This document shows positions 1 to 11,840 of a stretch of 64,000 nt of DNA, one piece after another; the first letter of the stretch is position 1, and each line of letters begins with the position of its first letter. Both the position numbers and the translations under genes were made by a program. The stretch comes from Eledone cirrhosa (taxonomy: Eukaryota). The stretch spans positions 375,782,001-375,846,000 of the forward strand of contig OZ024741.1 of NCBI GenBank assembly GCA_964016885.1. The letters run 5' to 3'. The notes beneath the pieces are model-generated. The model searched no databases. It was given only the letters and a program-made list of their open reading frames with translations, and was not told the origin of the DNA.

Positions 1-23
1 ACTAAAAACCTATGTAAACTCAC

Positions 24-110
24 CCAGCAGGACAAAATGTCAGCTACCATCCACATCTTCTTGAGGTTTGTGTCAACACCAGTTTTATTACTGATAAACT
101 TTATGAAGTC
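24..110 (-). CDS. Histidine acid phosphatase, exon 6 (gene continues beyond window start)
   Basis: tttttag acceptor; DFIKFISNKTGVDTNLKKMWMVADILSCW (87 nt); GTGAGT donor; resembles the DF...L...SG......W...D.L.C exon of ACP3/ACP2. Confidence 0.85.
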
Positions 111-216
111 CTAAAAAAACAAAAAAATTAAATATCAGTAAAAATTCGTTATTGTTATCGAACACACTCACAATTATACAGCATTATATATGCAATGTGA
201 ATAAAACTTTCTTAGT

Positions 217-332
217 ATACAAGGGTCGGTCGAAAGGTTCATAGGCAAGAGTTGAAATTAATGTATGCAAGGTTTCACAGCTCTAACATTACTCCTTCAT
301 AGTCAGCCTATGAACTTTAGTTTGCCCTTGTA
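217..332. mobile_element. Mariner-type MITE, internally deleted copy
   Basis: TIR TACRAGGGTCGGTCGAAAGGTTCATAGGC; same family as 627-827, 4167-4370, 25679-25881 and 62470-62670. Confidence 0.7.
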
Positions 333-355
333 TATATACATATACATACATATAT

Positions 356-570
356 ATAGGAAAAGAGTCAGGACCCCAACGGCTGAGCTCCAGACGTTTT
401 GACAGCTAGATTCGAACTAAATCAGCAGTATGCTGGCTTAGTTAAGATCTAGCAGTCAAAACGGCTGGAGCTCAGCCGTCGGGGTCCTGACTATTTTCCT
501 ATTACCCAATGATCCTAAGTATCAAGTACTCTGATGCGTTATGGTCCACCTGGTATCTTATCACACCTTT
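356..570. mobile_element. Fold-back palindrome derived from a PLE 3' end (half hammerhead), family A
   Basis: Imperfect palindrome 356-502 (ATAGGAAAAGAGTCAGGACCCC...GGGGTCCTGACTATTTTCCTAT) plus a unique tail; homologues at 47636-47835 and 55420-55602; flanked by TA/CA repeats. Confidence 0.7.
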
Positions 571-575
571 GTTTG

Positions 576-625
<50 letters not shown>

Positions 626-626
626 C

Positions 627-827
627 TACGAGGTTTGACTGAAAAGTTCATAGGCTGACCAAGATACTCTCACGGAATGCCCAAATGAGGTTTATCTTTA
701 AACATAGTCCTTGGAAAGAAACAATGTAGTTATTGATAAGAAGAGTTGAAATTAATGCATGCAAGATTTCACAGCTCTAGCATCACTCCTTCATAGTCAG
801 CTTATGAACTTTTTAGCTAGGTATCGT
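627..827. mobile_element. Mariner-type MITE (~200 bp)
   Basis: TIRs TACGAGG..TGACTGAAAAGTTCATAGGCTGAC / GTCAGCTTATGAACTTTTTAGC..TCGTA; TA ends. Confidence 0.8.
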
Positions 828-869
828 ACACTGTTGAAAGTAAAAATAATAAACATGTCTACCAAATAC

Positions 870-962
870 CTGATTATCTGTTAGGATTTGTTTTCCAACT
901 GTATTGAGTCTCTGTGTATAAAGGTAAGAGTAGAGTGGACATTTCCTGGCAAAACTGAGCAT
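870..962 (-). CDS. Histidine acid phosphatase, exon 5
   Basis: cttcag acceptor; MLSFARKCPLYSYLYTQRLNTVGKQILTDNQ (93 nt); GTATTT donor; conserved CP.Y motif. Confidence 0.85.
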
Positions 963-984
963 CTGAAGATAGTGATACATGGAT

Positions 985-1612
985 TTGTAAATAACATCTT
1001 TCTATAGACCTTCACACATCTGTTACCATAACAATACATCCAACTATTGACTATCACACATCTGTTACCATAACAATACATCTAAAAATTGACTGTCACC
1101 ATAGCAACACATTCAACTATTGACTGTCACACATCTGTTACCATAACAATACATCCAACTATTGACTATCACACATCTGTTACCATAACAATACATCCAA
1201 CTATTGACTGTACATATTTGTTACTATAGCAACACATTCAACTATTGACCGTCACATATCTGTTACCATAACAACATATTCAACTATTGTCTGTCACACA
1301 TCTGTTACCATAGCAACACATTCAACAATTGACTGTCATATTTGTTACCATAGCAACACATTCAACTATTGACCGTCACACATCTGTTACCATAACAATA
1401 CATCTAAATATTGACTGTCACATATCTGTTACCATAGCAACACATTCAACTATTGACTGTCATACATCTGTTACCACAGCAATACATCTAACTATTGACT
1501 GTGACACATCTGATAGCATAGAAATACACCCTACTTGAGGCTATCATACTTTCATTACCATAGCAACACACCCTACTATAGACTGTCATACATCTGTTAC
1601 CATAGCAACAGA
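985..1612. repeat. Minisatellite, ~40-bp unit (CACATCTGTTACCATARCAAYACATYCAACTATTGACTGT)
   Basis: About 14-15 degenerate tandem copies immediately upstream (in gene orientation) of the exon 5 acceptor. Confidence 0.9.
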
Positions 1613-1616
1613 TCCT

Positions 1617-2125
1617 ACTTTAGATTCAGTTCGATAATCGTATCAACCCTTACCTATGGTCATGAATCTTGGTAATGATCAAAAGAATACGATCACGAAT
1701 ACAAGTGACTGAAATGGGGTTTCTCTGAAGGGTCCCTGGAGTAATATTACTCGATAGAGTGCGTAGCTCGGGGAACAGCGAGTTACTTCAGATAGAACCC
1801 CTACTTCTCCGAATTGAGAGATCACAGCTCCGATTCCATGACCATGTGGTTAGAATGTATGAGGAAAGAATCGCTAGACAGATTTTACAAGCAAAACCAA
1901 CCAGCAGGAGACCCAAGGGTAGACCCAGAGCAAGATGGTTGGATAACATCCATCAGCTCAGTTGGTCTCTTTTGGGGATCCAGTTGGAGACGGTTGCTTC
2001 TAACAGGGCCTGCTGGAAGGTGTGTTTGAGGATTCTGCCACAACTTTCTCAGGAATAAGTGGGTGAAGAAGAAGAAGAAGAAGAAAAAGAAAAAGAAGAA
2101 AAAACGAAGAAAAAAGAAGAAGAAA
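1617..2125 (+). mobile_element. RTE-clade LINE 3' fragment with (GAA)n tail
   Basis: LTYGHESW..., IEPLLLRIERSQLR...HVVRM...RPKGRPRARWLD, typical of the RTE C-terminus; GAA tail. Confidence 0.75.
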
Positions 2126-2152
2126 GATAATAATAATAATAATAATAATAAT

Positions 2153-3085
2153 GATTTCTTTATTGGCCACAAGGGCTGACATCAAGAAAAACATTACAGA
2201 CGGTACAGGACGGTACGATGTGGGTTTTGTGCGTGTAAAGATTTTTATTATTTATATAAGAAAAGAAAAAAAAGACATAGAAACATATATATAAACAATA
2301 AAAATGAAAATTGAAACAATGAAAAATTCCCCAATAGGGGGAAACCTCCGAGAGTTACTCGTGGCGAAAACCACACAAAAGACCACGGCCACCCTGACCA
2401 CCAGGGCAAGCGCCCTCTCTCAATTATTCCATTTCTCAAATTACAGACGTATATTCAGAGCAGTCCCGTTCACTTGGACCATTCTCGCTACATTCACCCA
2501 CCTTTCAACAAACTTGCTAGAAGGCAGCACTTGCCTCTCCACCCTGATTTTCCTCTTCAAGTGAAACTTGAAAAATAATAATAATAATAATGCTTTCTTT
2601 ATTAACGACAAGAGTTGACACAAAGTATAGCATTAAGGACAACACAGAACAATACAAATGGGCATTTCTGCATGTAAAAAAACAAAAACAGAGTGTGACA
2701 AAAGGAAACAATGAAAAATTCCCAAAAGGGAGAAGACCTCCGAGGGTTGCTCGGAGGTAGACCCATTCACACGGGCCATTCTTGCCTCTCTCACCCACTT
2801 TTCAACAAAATGGCTGGAAGTCAGCACTTTCCTCTCCACCCTGATTTTCCTCTTCAGGTGAAACCTGAAAAAGTTAATGAGGGCGTCACCAAAGAGGAAA
2901 GTACTGGTCTTCAACCCTTTCAGACGTGTCCACCATACAATCTCTTTTACCATGGCCACCAGGCAGATAAAAACTGCCTGCCCTTCTCGGCTAAAGGAAG
3001 GTGGCGGGGCAATCTTCCCGATGGACTCAGCTGATAGCCGGATCCGTTCTACACGTGACAGCAGGTGTTCGGCATAAACCCTCAA
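2153..3085 (-). mobile_element. Two L1/Tx1-like LINE 3' fragments
   Basis: FFRFHLKRKIRVER...FVEKW peptide in both; each ends in AATAAA plus (TTA)n; related copies at 62745-63200 and 63485-64000. Confidence 0.6.
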
Positions 3086-3236
3086 AAGAAGAAGAAGAAG
3101 ACGAAGACGAAGAAGAAGAAGAAGGCAATACAGTGTTGTGTATAATAAGTATAAATACATTGCCATTGTTGAGAGAGGTTTAAAGAATTAATCATACGCT
3201 GCAATTGTGAAGATGAGATTCAGTTAATATACGCAC

Positions 3237-3383
3237 ATTGTCATCTTGTGGCCTGGAATGTATTGTTAGTGACTTTAATTCTGAGGAATTTTTATCCGTT
3301 GTTTGGTGTTGTAAATATAAACCATCTACCAAAGCCTGGGCACTTTTGACACATCGTGGGACAGGAGAACTTTCCATTTTGAT
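3237..3383 (-). CDS. Histidine acid phosphatase, exon 4
   Basis: ttccaag acceptor; IKMESSPVPRCVKSAQALVDGLYLQHQTTDKNSSELKSLTIHSRPQDDN (147 nt); GTGCGT donor; equivalent to the S...R...SA.....GLY motif with the catalytic Arg. Confidence 0.9.
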
Positions 3384-3717
3384 CTTGGAAAAAGAACCAT
3401 AAACGAACGATTAACTTTTTTTTGTATTGATGTTGTTCTTTTATTGTTCGAAAATAGATATATAGGTATAAATACAGGTAAATTTTAATGAAAAGTCAGT
3501 AAGATAACAATAGAATTCGAAGTCAAAATATTTAAGTGACTATGACAGAAAAATAGTTTACGTGATCAGTGGTCTAATATGCCTCAGGATTATTTATATA
3601 TTATCTAAACATTGATATATTACATACAATACCACTTCACATTGCCTTACAGTATTGAACGAAAACACACACGGATATAATTAGAAAGTAAAACATTAGA
3701 AGTATGATATTCTTATA

Positions 3718-4089
3718 CAGGTTCACAATCTCTTATCCGAAAACCTTGGGACCAGGCACTTTTTGGATTTCGGAATGGAAGATTTTTAGCGTAGATTTTA
3801 AAGTTTTTTTTTAGATAAAACATTACAGGGACAGGGTGGCTAAGTGGTAGAGTGCTCGGCTCGTGGCAAAAAATAAACAAAATTTCTGTGAACAGCAGAG
3901 ACGATGTGTGTCTGACTGGTAGGACGGAACACTGAGACATAACTGCGTGACCTAGGTTGACTGTGGGTCGTTTGTTGTCCAGATTGGCGCCAAACGTGAG
4001 CTTTGGTGTGCAGACGACATCCTGGAAAAAATATTCGGTTTTCGGAGCTTTTCGGTTTTTGGGATTTCAGATAAAAGATTGTGAACCTG
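3718..4089. mobile_element. Tc1/mariner (Tigger-like) MITE
   Basis: TIR CAGGTTCACAATCT... / ...AGATTGTGAACCTG with TA duplication on both sides. Confidence 0.85.
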
Positions 4090-4166
4090 TATTACAAATA
4101 TGATACCAGAATTATCACTGTCTTATATCAGAAGTATGATATAAAAATTCTGTTTGAAGCCATAAT

Positions 4167-4370
4167 ATACAAAGGTGGGATGGAAGGTTCAAAGGCTAAC
4201 TATGAATGAGTGATGCTAGAGCTATGAAATCTTGCATGCATTAATTTCAACACTTCTTATTAATAACTGCATTGTTTTTTTACAAGGGTCTATGTTGAAA
4301 AATAAATCTCATTTGGTCATTCCATGAGAGTATCTTGATCAACCTATAAACCTTTTAGCCGACCCTCGTA
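4167..4370. mobile_element. Mariner-type MITE
   Basis: Same family as 627-827, opposite orientation; ends ...AGCCGACCCTCGTA. Confidence 0.75.
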
Positions 4371-4587
4371 AGAACTATGATGCACATTTATTAGAACTAT
4401 TATATTAGAAATATAATTACCAAGAAGGACGGTAATATCACGTTGATAGTCTCATATTAGAAAAATGAACTCAACAATTTTAATTTATTTATTTAGAATT
4501 AAGATTCAAAATCAAAATTTAAAATTTCTTCGATGAGATCAATTAAGCTCGAAATACATATATATCATTGAAATATTACCATCATTA

Positions 4588-5063
4588 TTATTAAATAAAT
4601 AGAGGGCAGTGGATTGGCAGTATCGGTAGAGGGTCGGACGCCATGCTTTGCAGCATAGAGTTACGGCATTTTATGATCTGAGCTCAAATCCCGCCGAGGT
4701 TAACTTTGCCTTTCATCCTTATGAGGTCGATAAAATAAAGTACCAGTCACGCACTGGAGTCGATTTAATCGACTTTCCCCTCCCCCAAAATTACTGGCCT
4801 TGTGCCTATATAAGAAACCATTATTATTAAATAAATAGAGGGCAGTGGATTGGCAGTATTGGTAGAGGGTCGGATGCCATGCTTTGCAGCATAGAGTTAC
4901 GGCACTTTATGATCTGAGTTCAAATCCTGCCGAGGTTAACTTTGCCTTTCATCCTTACGGGGTCGATAAAATAAAGTACCAGTCACGCACTGGGTTGATT
5001 TAATCGACTTTTCCCTCCCCCAAAATTGCTGAACTTGTGCCTATATAAGAGACCATTATTACT
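4588..5063 (+). mobile_element. Head-to-tail tandem of two tRNA-derived SINEs
   Basis: A box TGGCAGTATCGGT, B box GAGTTCAAATCC, central GCCTTTCATCCTT.CGGGGTCGATAAAATAAAGTACCAG domain; unit ~237 bp including flank. Confidence 0.85.
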
Positions 5064-5734
5064 AAATAAATATCAGAACAATGGTGTTACATTTATTTAT
5101 TTGTGTGTTTAAAAGTTTTCACTCTCTTACTATTCATATTTATGGAAGTAAATCTATTCTACACGCCACCACCATAAATGAAACTTGAGAATCAGTCCGC
5201 CTCATGATCCCAGCCGACAGGATGAAAAAGACATTGCCCCAGAGGACGGCGAGGGAGATGCGATGGTGCTATTATATCTGTAGTTTCAAAGAACGTAAAG
5301 GTGATAGTACTATATCATATTAGAAGGTGTTTTTTATCACTTTAGTACAATAACATGAAAAAGAATATAACAGTATCATAAAACATTGTAAAAAAAAACT
5401 CATTATATTCCTCAATTTTGAAACTTGTTATTCTTTGCACAGATGTAAAAAATACATTCTTTAGATTGATAATTTCTCTTCAATCCATACATGTGTGCAT
5501 GTGATTGTAAGTTGTAGAATTCCATTTCTCCAGCATTTGAGGGTTTCTACTTCCCTTTGCTAAGCCTTTTTAGCTTCTCTTTTTTCCTGCTACTTCGCTC
5601 AGTGTATCTCATCATATTCATTCAATAAAACATTTAACAGGATAATTTGAAGGCAATTTGCTGATTATTATTAGCCTGTTGTAGGGCTAGGTAGAGGCTT
5701 CTACATTCATATAAATCTGCTTACAGTATCTTAC

Positions 5735-5818
5735 CTCATTTGATGGGCTGGAACTGAGAAATTCAGGATAGCGGTTTCGAAAATAACTTCCTAGGTTTAA
5801 ATTTTGTTTAGTTCCTAT
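5735..5818 (-). CDS. Histidine acid phosphatase, exon 3
   Basis: tttcag acceptor; IGTKQNLNLGSYFRNRYPEFLSSSPSNE (84 nt); GTAAG donor; matches the G..Q...LG...R.RY..FL motif. Confidence 0.9.
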
Positions 5819-6920
5819 CTGAAAGAAATAAGATATGAAAATTCAGTTATATCTATATCAACGACCTGCATGCATAAACATAGACATACATTTCATTTTC
5901 GTATATATATATATATATATATATGGGCCGCAGGCAACAATAAAAGTCTTTATCCGATTTTTTAAGCTATTTTATAACAACCGATTGTAATTACTATGAT
6001 TTTCTGATCTGAGCTTCTTTCATTTTTTTAATAAATTTATTTCCTTGGTACTTAGTAAATTCGAAAGTTCGAGTTAGGTACCTCTTGAAACATTTATCAA
6101 ATTCATTTTAAGTCGTGTCTCAATGATCTCAATTGTGACAATCCAGTAAAGTGTTGCATTAACAGTATTTCCCACATTCTAGTTGGTCATATGATCTTGC
6201 CACGTCATTCCTAATATTCTAGATAAAGGCTTCATGTTCAAATGCTAGGAATTTAGTATCAGATCTAGTGGTAATGTACTAATATCAATGTCCCTATAGT
6301 AATATGGATCTTACTAAAGATATATACATTTTTGCCTTGACGTGTCTTGAGAGAGAGTGGCCGAGGCGGTGGTGGTCAAGCTGCTGCCATAAACATTTTC
6401 ACATGCACGTTTTATTCTATCACTTCTATGAAATTTGCTTTTCATTCTTCTGCGGTTGTTAAAACAAGTACCACTTAAACCTCATCTTATCTTATCTGCC
6501 CCCTTTAGTCTCTGTTTCCCATCAAGGTTTGTTGGTCATCATTGTCAATTCCAGTGTCTCTTACTATGTTATCCTAGTATCTGAGCTTTCTGGTAGAGGA
6601 GATCTCCTACAATAAGAAGCCTGAAACAATCTCATCACTTGCGCGGAAGCAGTGACCAGCAAACCTTACACGACGTTAAATATCGGGGTCAATATAATTG
6701 ACTTTTCCATTCTCCCAAATTGTTGGCCTTGTGTCCATGTTAGAAAGAATAAATTCTTCTATTCTACAAGTGGATAAATTGACATAATGTATATCTACAA
6801 TTTCCCCTCATTTTCACAGTGAATAATCAAATCAACCTTGCTCCCCTTTCATACTAACCTAACATTGGTGGAATTTGTTCATTCTTGTAATCATTACCAG
6901 TTCATCAGCATAATCTAGAT

Positions 6921-7289
6921 GAAGGTTGCCCAACCTGAGTAATATCGCCAACTGGTGGATGATTTCAACTGTTGGGTGGGCGATGAGCCACTGAACAGAA
7001 AATGGTGGTCGATTGGATATTTTTTGTGTGAAATATAGGATTTTGAGTATTAAGAAGGTATTTCAAGATGTGTAAAAAAAAAAAAAAAAAAAATCAAAGG
7101 AGATATGTAAAGAACATGTAAAAAAACAAAAGAAAAAAAAAACAGGAGGCTAAATGGGAATAATGAACCAGTAACAAACTTTTACTAAACATTTTCGGTA
7201 TGCTTTTGAATATTTACTATACAGGTGGGCGGTGGAAAATGGTTTCATGTGAAAGTGGGCTATGACACATAAAAGGTTGGGAATCCCTG
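6921..7289. mobile_element. hAT-type MITE
   Basis: Imperfect TIR GAAGGTTGCCCAACC / GGTTGGGAATCCCTG; 8-bp TSD ATCTAGAT at 6913-6920 and 7290-7297. Confidence 0.8.
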
Positions 7290-7572
7290 ATCTAGATTGA
7301 CTAGTATCTTATCCATCCTTCGTTTTCTACAACCTTCTTTGCAAAACCTCCTCCACATTATCAATTTGTAACACAGAATCATGGAGGACAGTAGCCCTCA
7401 TTGAATAACCCCAGATTTAAGTTATTCCATATCCTCTCAGTATCTTTGGTAATACTTACCGTGACATACTATCAAATGACTCCTGTAACACAAGACATAA
7501 GCTTAATGGCATCATGGCATTCTCATTTCATTTGCATGGTGTAAAATATACATTTTTGTATGTATGTCACCT

Positions 7573-8200
7573 AACACTGAAAAAGGTGAGAAAAAGAGAC
7601 TGTTCTGAACTGCCTGCTGTTGAACATCATCTGGTTTGCCAGCACTGTGGTCAAGTCTGCCTGAGTAAAGCTGGTTTGACTAGATACAAACAAAGTCATA
7701 TGAGTAGACATCATGTAGATTATGATCTGAAAAGGTGTAAGGAATGTGGCAAGGAATGTGCTAGCATGGGAGGTCTTAAAAGACACATGAGAACACACAG
7801 CCAGAACAAAGGAATGGAAAGTCCCAGAAGAGCCTACAGTTGCCATGTATGAACCAGAGGGTGCAAGTCTTTGGCTGGTTTAAAGAGCCATATTCGTGCC
7901 TCACATTTTTGAGCATTTTATCGGGCAATGGCAATGCTCGAACACGAGTTCGCAGCCATCATGTATGTTATAAAACCTGCGACATTAGATGTTCAGAGAG
8001 TGGGATTGGCCCCGTGCAAAGCCTTTCTTCACTTAAAAAAACTTCAAGCACAGGCATCGCTTGATATGTGACATTTATTGCGATGTATGGTATTGCTGGC
8101 CATAGGAAAGTCCCTAGTTGGACTAAAAAGCCACGTCCGTGATGCTCATGCTTAAGTATCAAGCGATGGCATTACTCGAAATCGAGTTGCAGCCATCATG
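7573..8200 (+). mobile_element. Two 5'-truncated RTE 3' ends encoding C2H2 zinc fingers
   Basis: CQHCGQVCLSKAGLTRYKQSH, CKECGKECASMGGLKRHMRTH and a frameshifted third finger; both end in the ATGGC..CTCG-NNN-CGAG..GCAGCCATC hairpin plus (ATGT)n. Confidence 0.75.
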
Positions 8201-8305
8201 TATGTATGTATGTATGTATGTATGTATGTATGTATGTATGTATGTATGTATGTATGTATGTATGTATGTATGTATGTATGTATGTATGTATGTATGTATG
8301 TATGT

Positions 8306-9960
8306 GTGCCATATACTTTGCAATGGTTTTCTGTATTGCATTCAGGAATTGCGAGCATGGTATTTACATCCGATATCGAACCTCAGGCAGCATATTTAAC
8401 ACCAGGCGCTTTGCTGCAAAGACAAAAGTATTTACATCAATCATAAGAGACCTCTTGTATGCAGAGGATTGTGATCTTGTAGCGCACACAGAGAGAGATA
8501 TGCAGCACATTTTGAATGCATTTTCTGACGCTTGCACTGCCCTAGGTTTGACTGTCAGTCTCAAGAAAACCGTCGTCATGTACCAACCTGCCCCTGGTAA
8601 GCAGTACACTGAACCAAAAATCTATGTGTATGGTAAACGACTTGGAGTGGTTGATCAGTTTGTCTACCTGGGAAGCACTGTCAATCGATACAGCAACCTT
8701 GACAGTGAAATCTCACTTAGGATTAGGAAAGCAAGTGATGCTTTCGGAAAGCTAGAAAGGCGACTCTGGAGTCGGCGAGACATATGCAGGAGGACAAAGG
8801 TAAAGGTGTACAAGGCATGTGTGCTCTCTTGTCTTCTTTATGCTTGCGAGATCTGGGTCACATATCGACACCACCTTAAGCAATTGGAGCGTTTCCATCA
8901 GATGTGTCACAGACGGATCCATGGCGTTCACTGGAGGGACAACATCAGTGATATCGAGATTTTGGAAAGCTCTGTGTGACAGTATAGAAGCTCTTGTGCT
9001 GAAGCAACGACTCCGTTGGAGTGGTCACCTTGCCAGGATGAAGGATTCTAGAATACCAAAACAACTCTTTTATGGAGAGTTGGTTAAAGGAAAACGACCG
9101 CCACATAAACCAAAAAAGAGGTATAAGGATTCCTTGAAAGCCTCTTTGAAAGACGCTAACATTTCTGCTGATACATGGGAAAATATTGCTGCTGATCGTA
9201 ATAAATGGAGAAAGACTGTATATGAGGGAAAAGTTGCCTTTGAGGCATCTCGAATCGCATACGAGAAAGTAAAGCGGGATGTGAGGAAGGGCATTGCTGT
9301 TGCACTTCCAGACGGCGAGGGTCCTCCTATGGTGCTGACATGCAGCGTCTGTGCGAGACTCTGCCTAAGCAAAGCTGGACTCGAAAGTCATCTTCGCAGT
9401 CATAAAGTAAGACCAGTGGTTGACTACCAGGCTGCTGTTGGAGATGCTACTCATCATGCTTGCCAAACATGTGATAGAGAATGTAAATCAGCAGGAGGGC
9501 TCAAGCGACATGCAAAAGTACACGAACTCCAACCACAGCCGACTATTCCCAGTGAATGTTTTGGTTGCCGACTCTGTGCAAGACATTTTAGATCATTGGT
9601 TGGGCTAAAAAGCCACATTCGATCGCAGCGCTGTTAGTTGCTATCGTGTGTGTGTGTGTGTGTATAGATATGTTTATGTGTGCGCCTGTGTGTGTATATA
9701 TATATGTATATGTATATTATTATTGTTGTTATTATTATTATTGTTATTAATGTATATATGTGTATGTATATATGTATGTGTGTATATATGTATATGTATG
9801 TGTGTATATATGTATATGTATGTGTGTATATATATATATATTTCTTTTTTAAATTTTATTTTATTTTTTATTTATCTATTAATATATATATATATATATA
9901 TTTTTTTTCTTCTCGTGCAATGGCCATACTCGATAACGAGGGGGCAGCCATCATCATCAT
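8306..9960 (+). mobile_element. RTE (BovB-like) LINE, 5'-truncated, RT C-half plus three C2H2 fingers, one frameshift near 8975
   Basis: LLYAEDCDL, GLTVSLKKT, FVYLGS, LLYACEIW, QRLRWSGHLARM, RIPKQLFYGEL; three CxxC...H fingers before the stop at 9637. Confidence 0.9.
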
Positions 9961-10012
9961 GTGTGCATGTATGTATGTATGTATTTATGTATCTATGTAT
10001 GTATGTATGTAT

Positions 10013-10070
10013 GTTTCTCTTTCTCTTAATTTCGAGTACATTTTTGACCGGCCACCTTCCTGGCAAATTT
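10013..10070 (-). mobile_element. 3'-terminal fragment of the R4/Dong-like LINE
   Basis: Reverse complement of the 28890-28940 3' UTR (CAGGAAGGTGGCCGG...CTCGAAATTAAGAGAAAGAGA), embedded in (ATGT)n. Confidence 0.75.
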
Positions 10071-11139
10071 TATGTATGTATGTATGTATGTATGTATGTA
10101 TGTATGTATGTATGTATGTATGTATGTATGTATGTATGTATGTATGTCAGGTCACCAGTTGGTGCTACTGGTAACATGTATCCCAGTACAACCTGTCTCA
10201 TGGTCGGGTCGTTGGCGACTAAACTGACGAGGGTGACTTTGGACATCCTGCAGGACTAAAAACAAAACCTGTCAAAGGGAAAAGGAGCTCTTAAGAGTCA
10301 ATGGCCATCCAAAATCACCGGGAGAGATGACCCCTTAGCCTTTGTCAAGGCAGAATTCTAGAAGGAAAACTCTGATATAACACCTACAACCCTGATGGTA
10401 TCCAATGATGTTGACTTGTTCTTCTTTTTGGTAAATATCATCTTGGTTAAGAGAGTGGGACTGGCTTTGTGCAGTGCCTTTGCTCACTATAAAAGCTTCA
10501 CGGCACAGGTATTGCTTTATATCTGGAGATCTCTCTGCACTTGTCATCACATGGTGCCATGGGCCCAGCACTATGTGTCAATAATTGTCACAAGTGTAGT
10601 GTTTGTACCAGAGTTTTCAAGTCACTGGCTGGACTAAAAAGCCACACTCGTTCAGCGCATCGGTAGGGGTTCTCCTACATGGATATAAAGTAGTGGCCGT
10701 ACTCTAAAACGAGTTGGCAGCCCCCATGCATGTATGCATGCATGCATGCATGCATGTATGTATGTATGTATGTGTGTATGTATGTATGTATGTGTGTATG
10801 TATGTATGTATGTATGTGTGTGTGCATGGATCCTTAACCTCTGATTAGTCACAGGGGCGGCATAATGACATACGAGAGAGAAAGAGACAGTGTATGTGTG
10901 TGTGTGTGAGAGAGGGAGAGAGTTGGGGGAGGGAGAAAGATCGCAGAAAACAGAACGAATAACGCAAAACATTCTATCCGATTTTCTAACGAATCTGCCA
11001 TTAAACCCCCCCCCCCCCCCACCCCATACTCACAGATAACAGGTACACACACACACATACATACATACACATATGGTCATAATAATTCGGTATCATCACT
11101 ATGATGATGACTGTGATGATGGTAACGATGACAATGCCA

Positions 11140-11172
<33 letters not shown>

Positions 11173-11204
11173 TTAAATACATGGAGTACAATCTCTTTAC
11201 TCAC

Positions 11205-11300
11205 TTCAGTGAGATATCCTTTACCATCAATGGTATCTCTGTTACTCTGTCTGTGAACTGGTAATATCCCTGTAGACGTTCGGTCACCATGACGGAAAAG
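11205..11300 (-). CDS. Histidine acid phosphatase, exon 2 (catalytic RHG motif)
   Basis: Polypyrimidine tract and CAG acceptor; LFRHGDRTSTGILPVHRQSNRDTIDGKGYLTE (96 nt); GTGAGT donor; RHGxR and GxLT motifs of branch-2 histidine phosphatases. Confidence 0.93.
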
Positions 11301-11384
11301 CTGGCCGGAAAGAAAAAAAACAACACAAAATTGAGATAGAAAGCTTTGCTGTAACATTTGACTAAATTGTATAGTCTAATAATT

Positions 11385-11840
11385 TTTTCTACTATTGGCA
11401 CAAGGCCAGCAATTATCTCAGTGCATTACTGGTACTTTATTTTATCGACCCCCGTAAGGATGAAAGGCAAAGTTAACCTCGGCGGGATTTGAACTCAGAT
11501 TGGCAAGGGCCGTAACTCTATGCGTCAAAGCATGGCGTCCGAACCTCTACCGATACTGCCAATTCACCGCCCTTGGGACGTATAAACCAAATAAACAGAA
11601 AAATATGGGTGTCAACATATATTGGTTTCTTATATATAGGCACAAGGCCAGCAATTTTAGGGGAGGGGAAAGTCGATTAAATCAACCCCAGTGCGTGACT
11701 GGTACTTTATTTTATCAACGCCGTAAGGATGAAAGGCAAAGTTAACCTCGGCGGGATTTGAACTCAGATCATAAAGGGCCGTGACTCTATGCTTCAAAGC
11801 ATGGCGTTCGACCCTCTACCGATACTACCAATCCATCGCA
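11385..11840 (-). mobile_element. Two tRNA-derived SINE copies
   Basis: Reverse complement of the 4603 SINE (GGCGGGATTTGAACTCAG B box, CTACCGATACTGCCA A box) at about 11385-11572 and 11620-11840. Confidence 0.85.

Noticed and set aside
985-1612. Regular ~40-bp repeats resembling a CRISPR array (also 29643-29815 and 31703-31938)
   Set aside because: Units are contiguous with no unique spacers, there are no cas genes, and the context is eukaryotic; these are minisatellites.
7514-7852. C2H2 zinc-finger ORF as a host transcription factor exon
   Set aside because: Fingers parallel the tail of the adjacent RTE ORF, lack TGEKP linkers, and are followed by the RTE 3' hairpin and ATGT tail.
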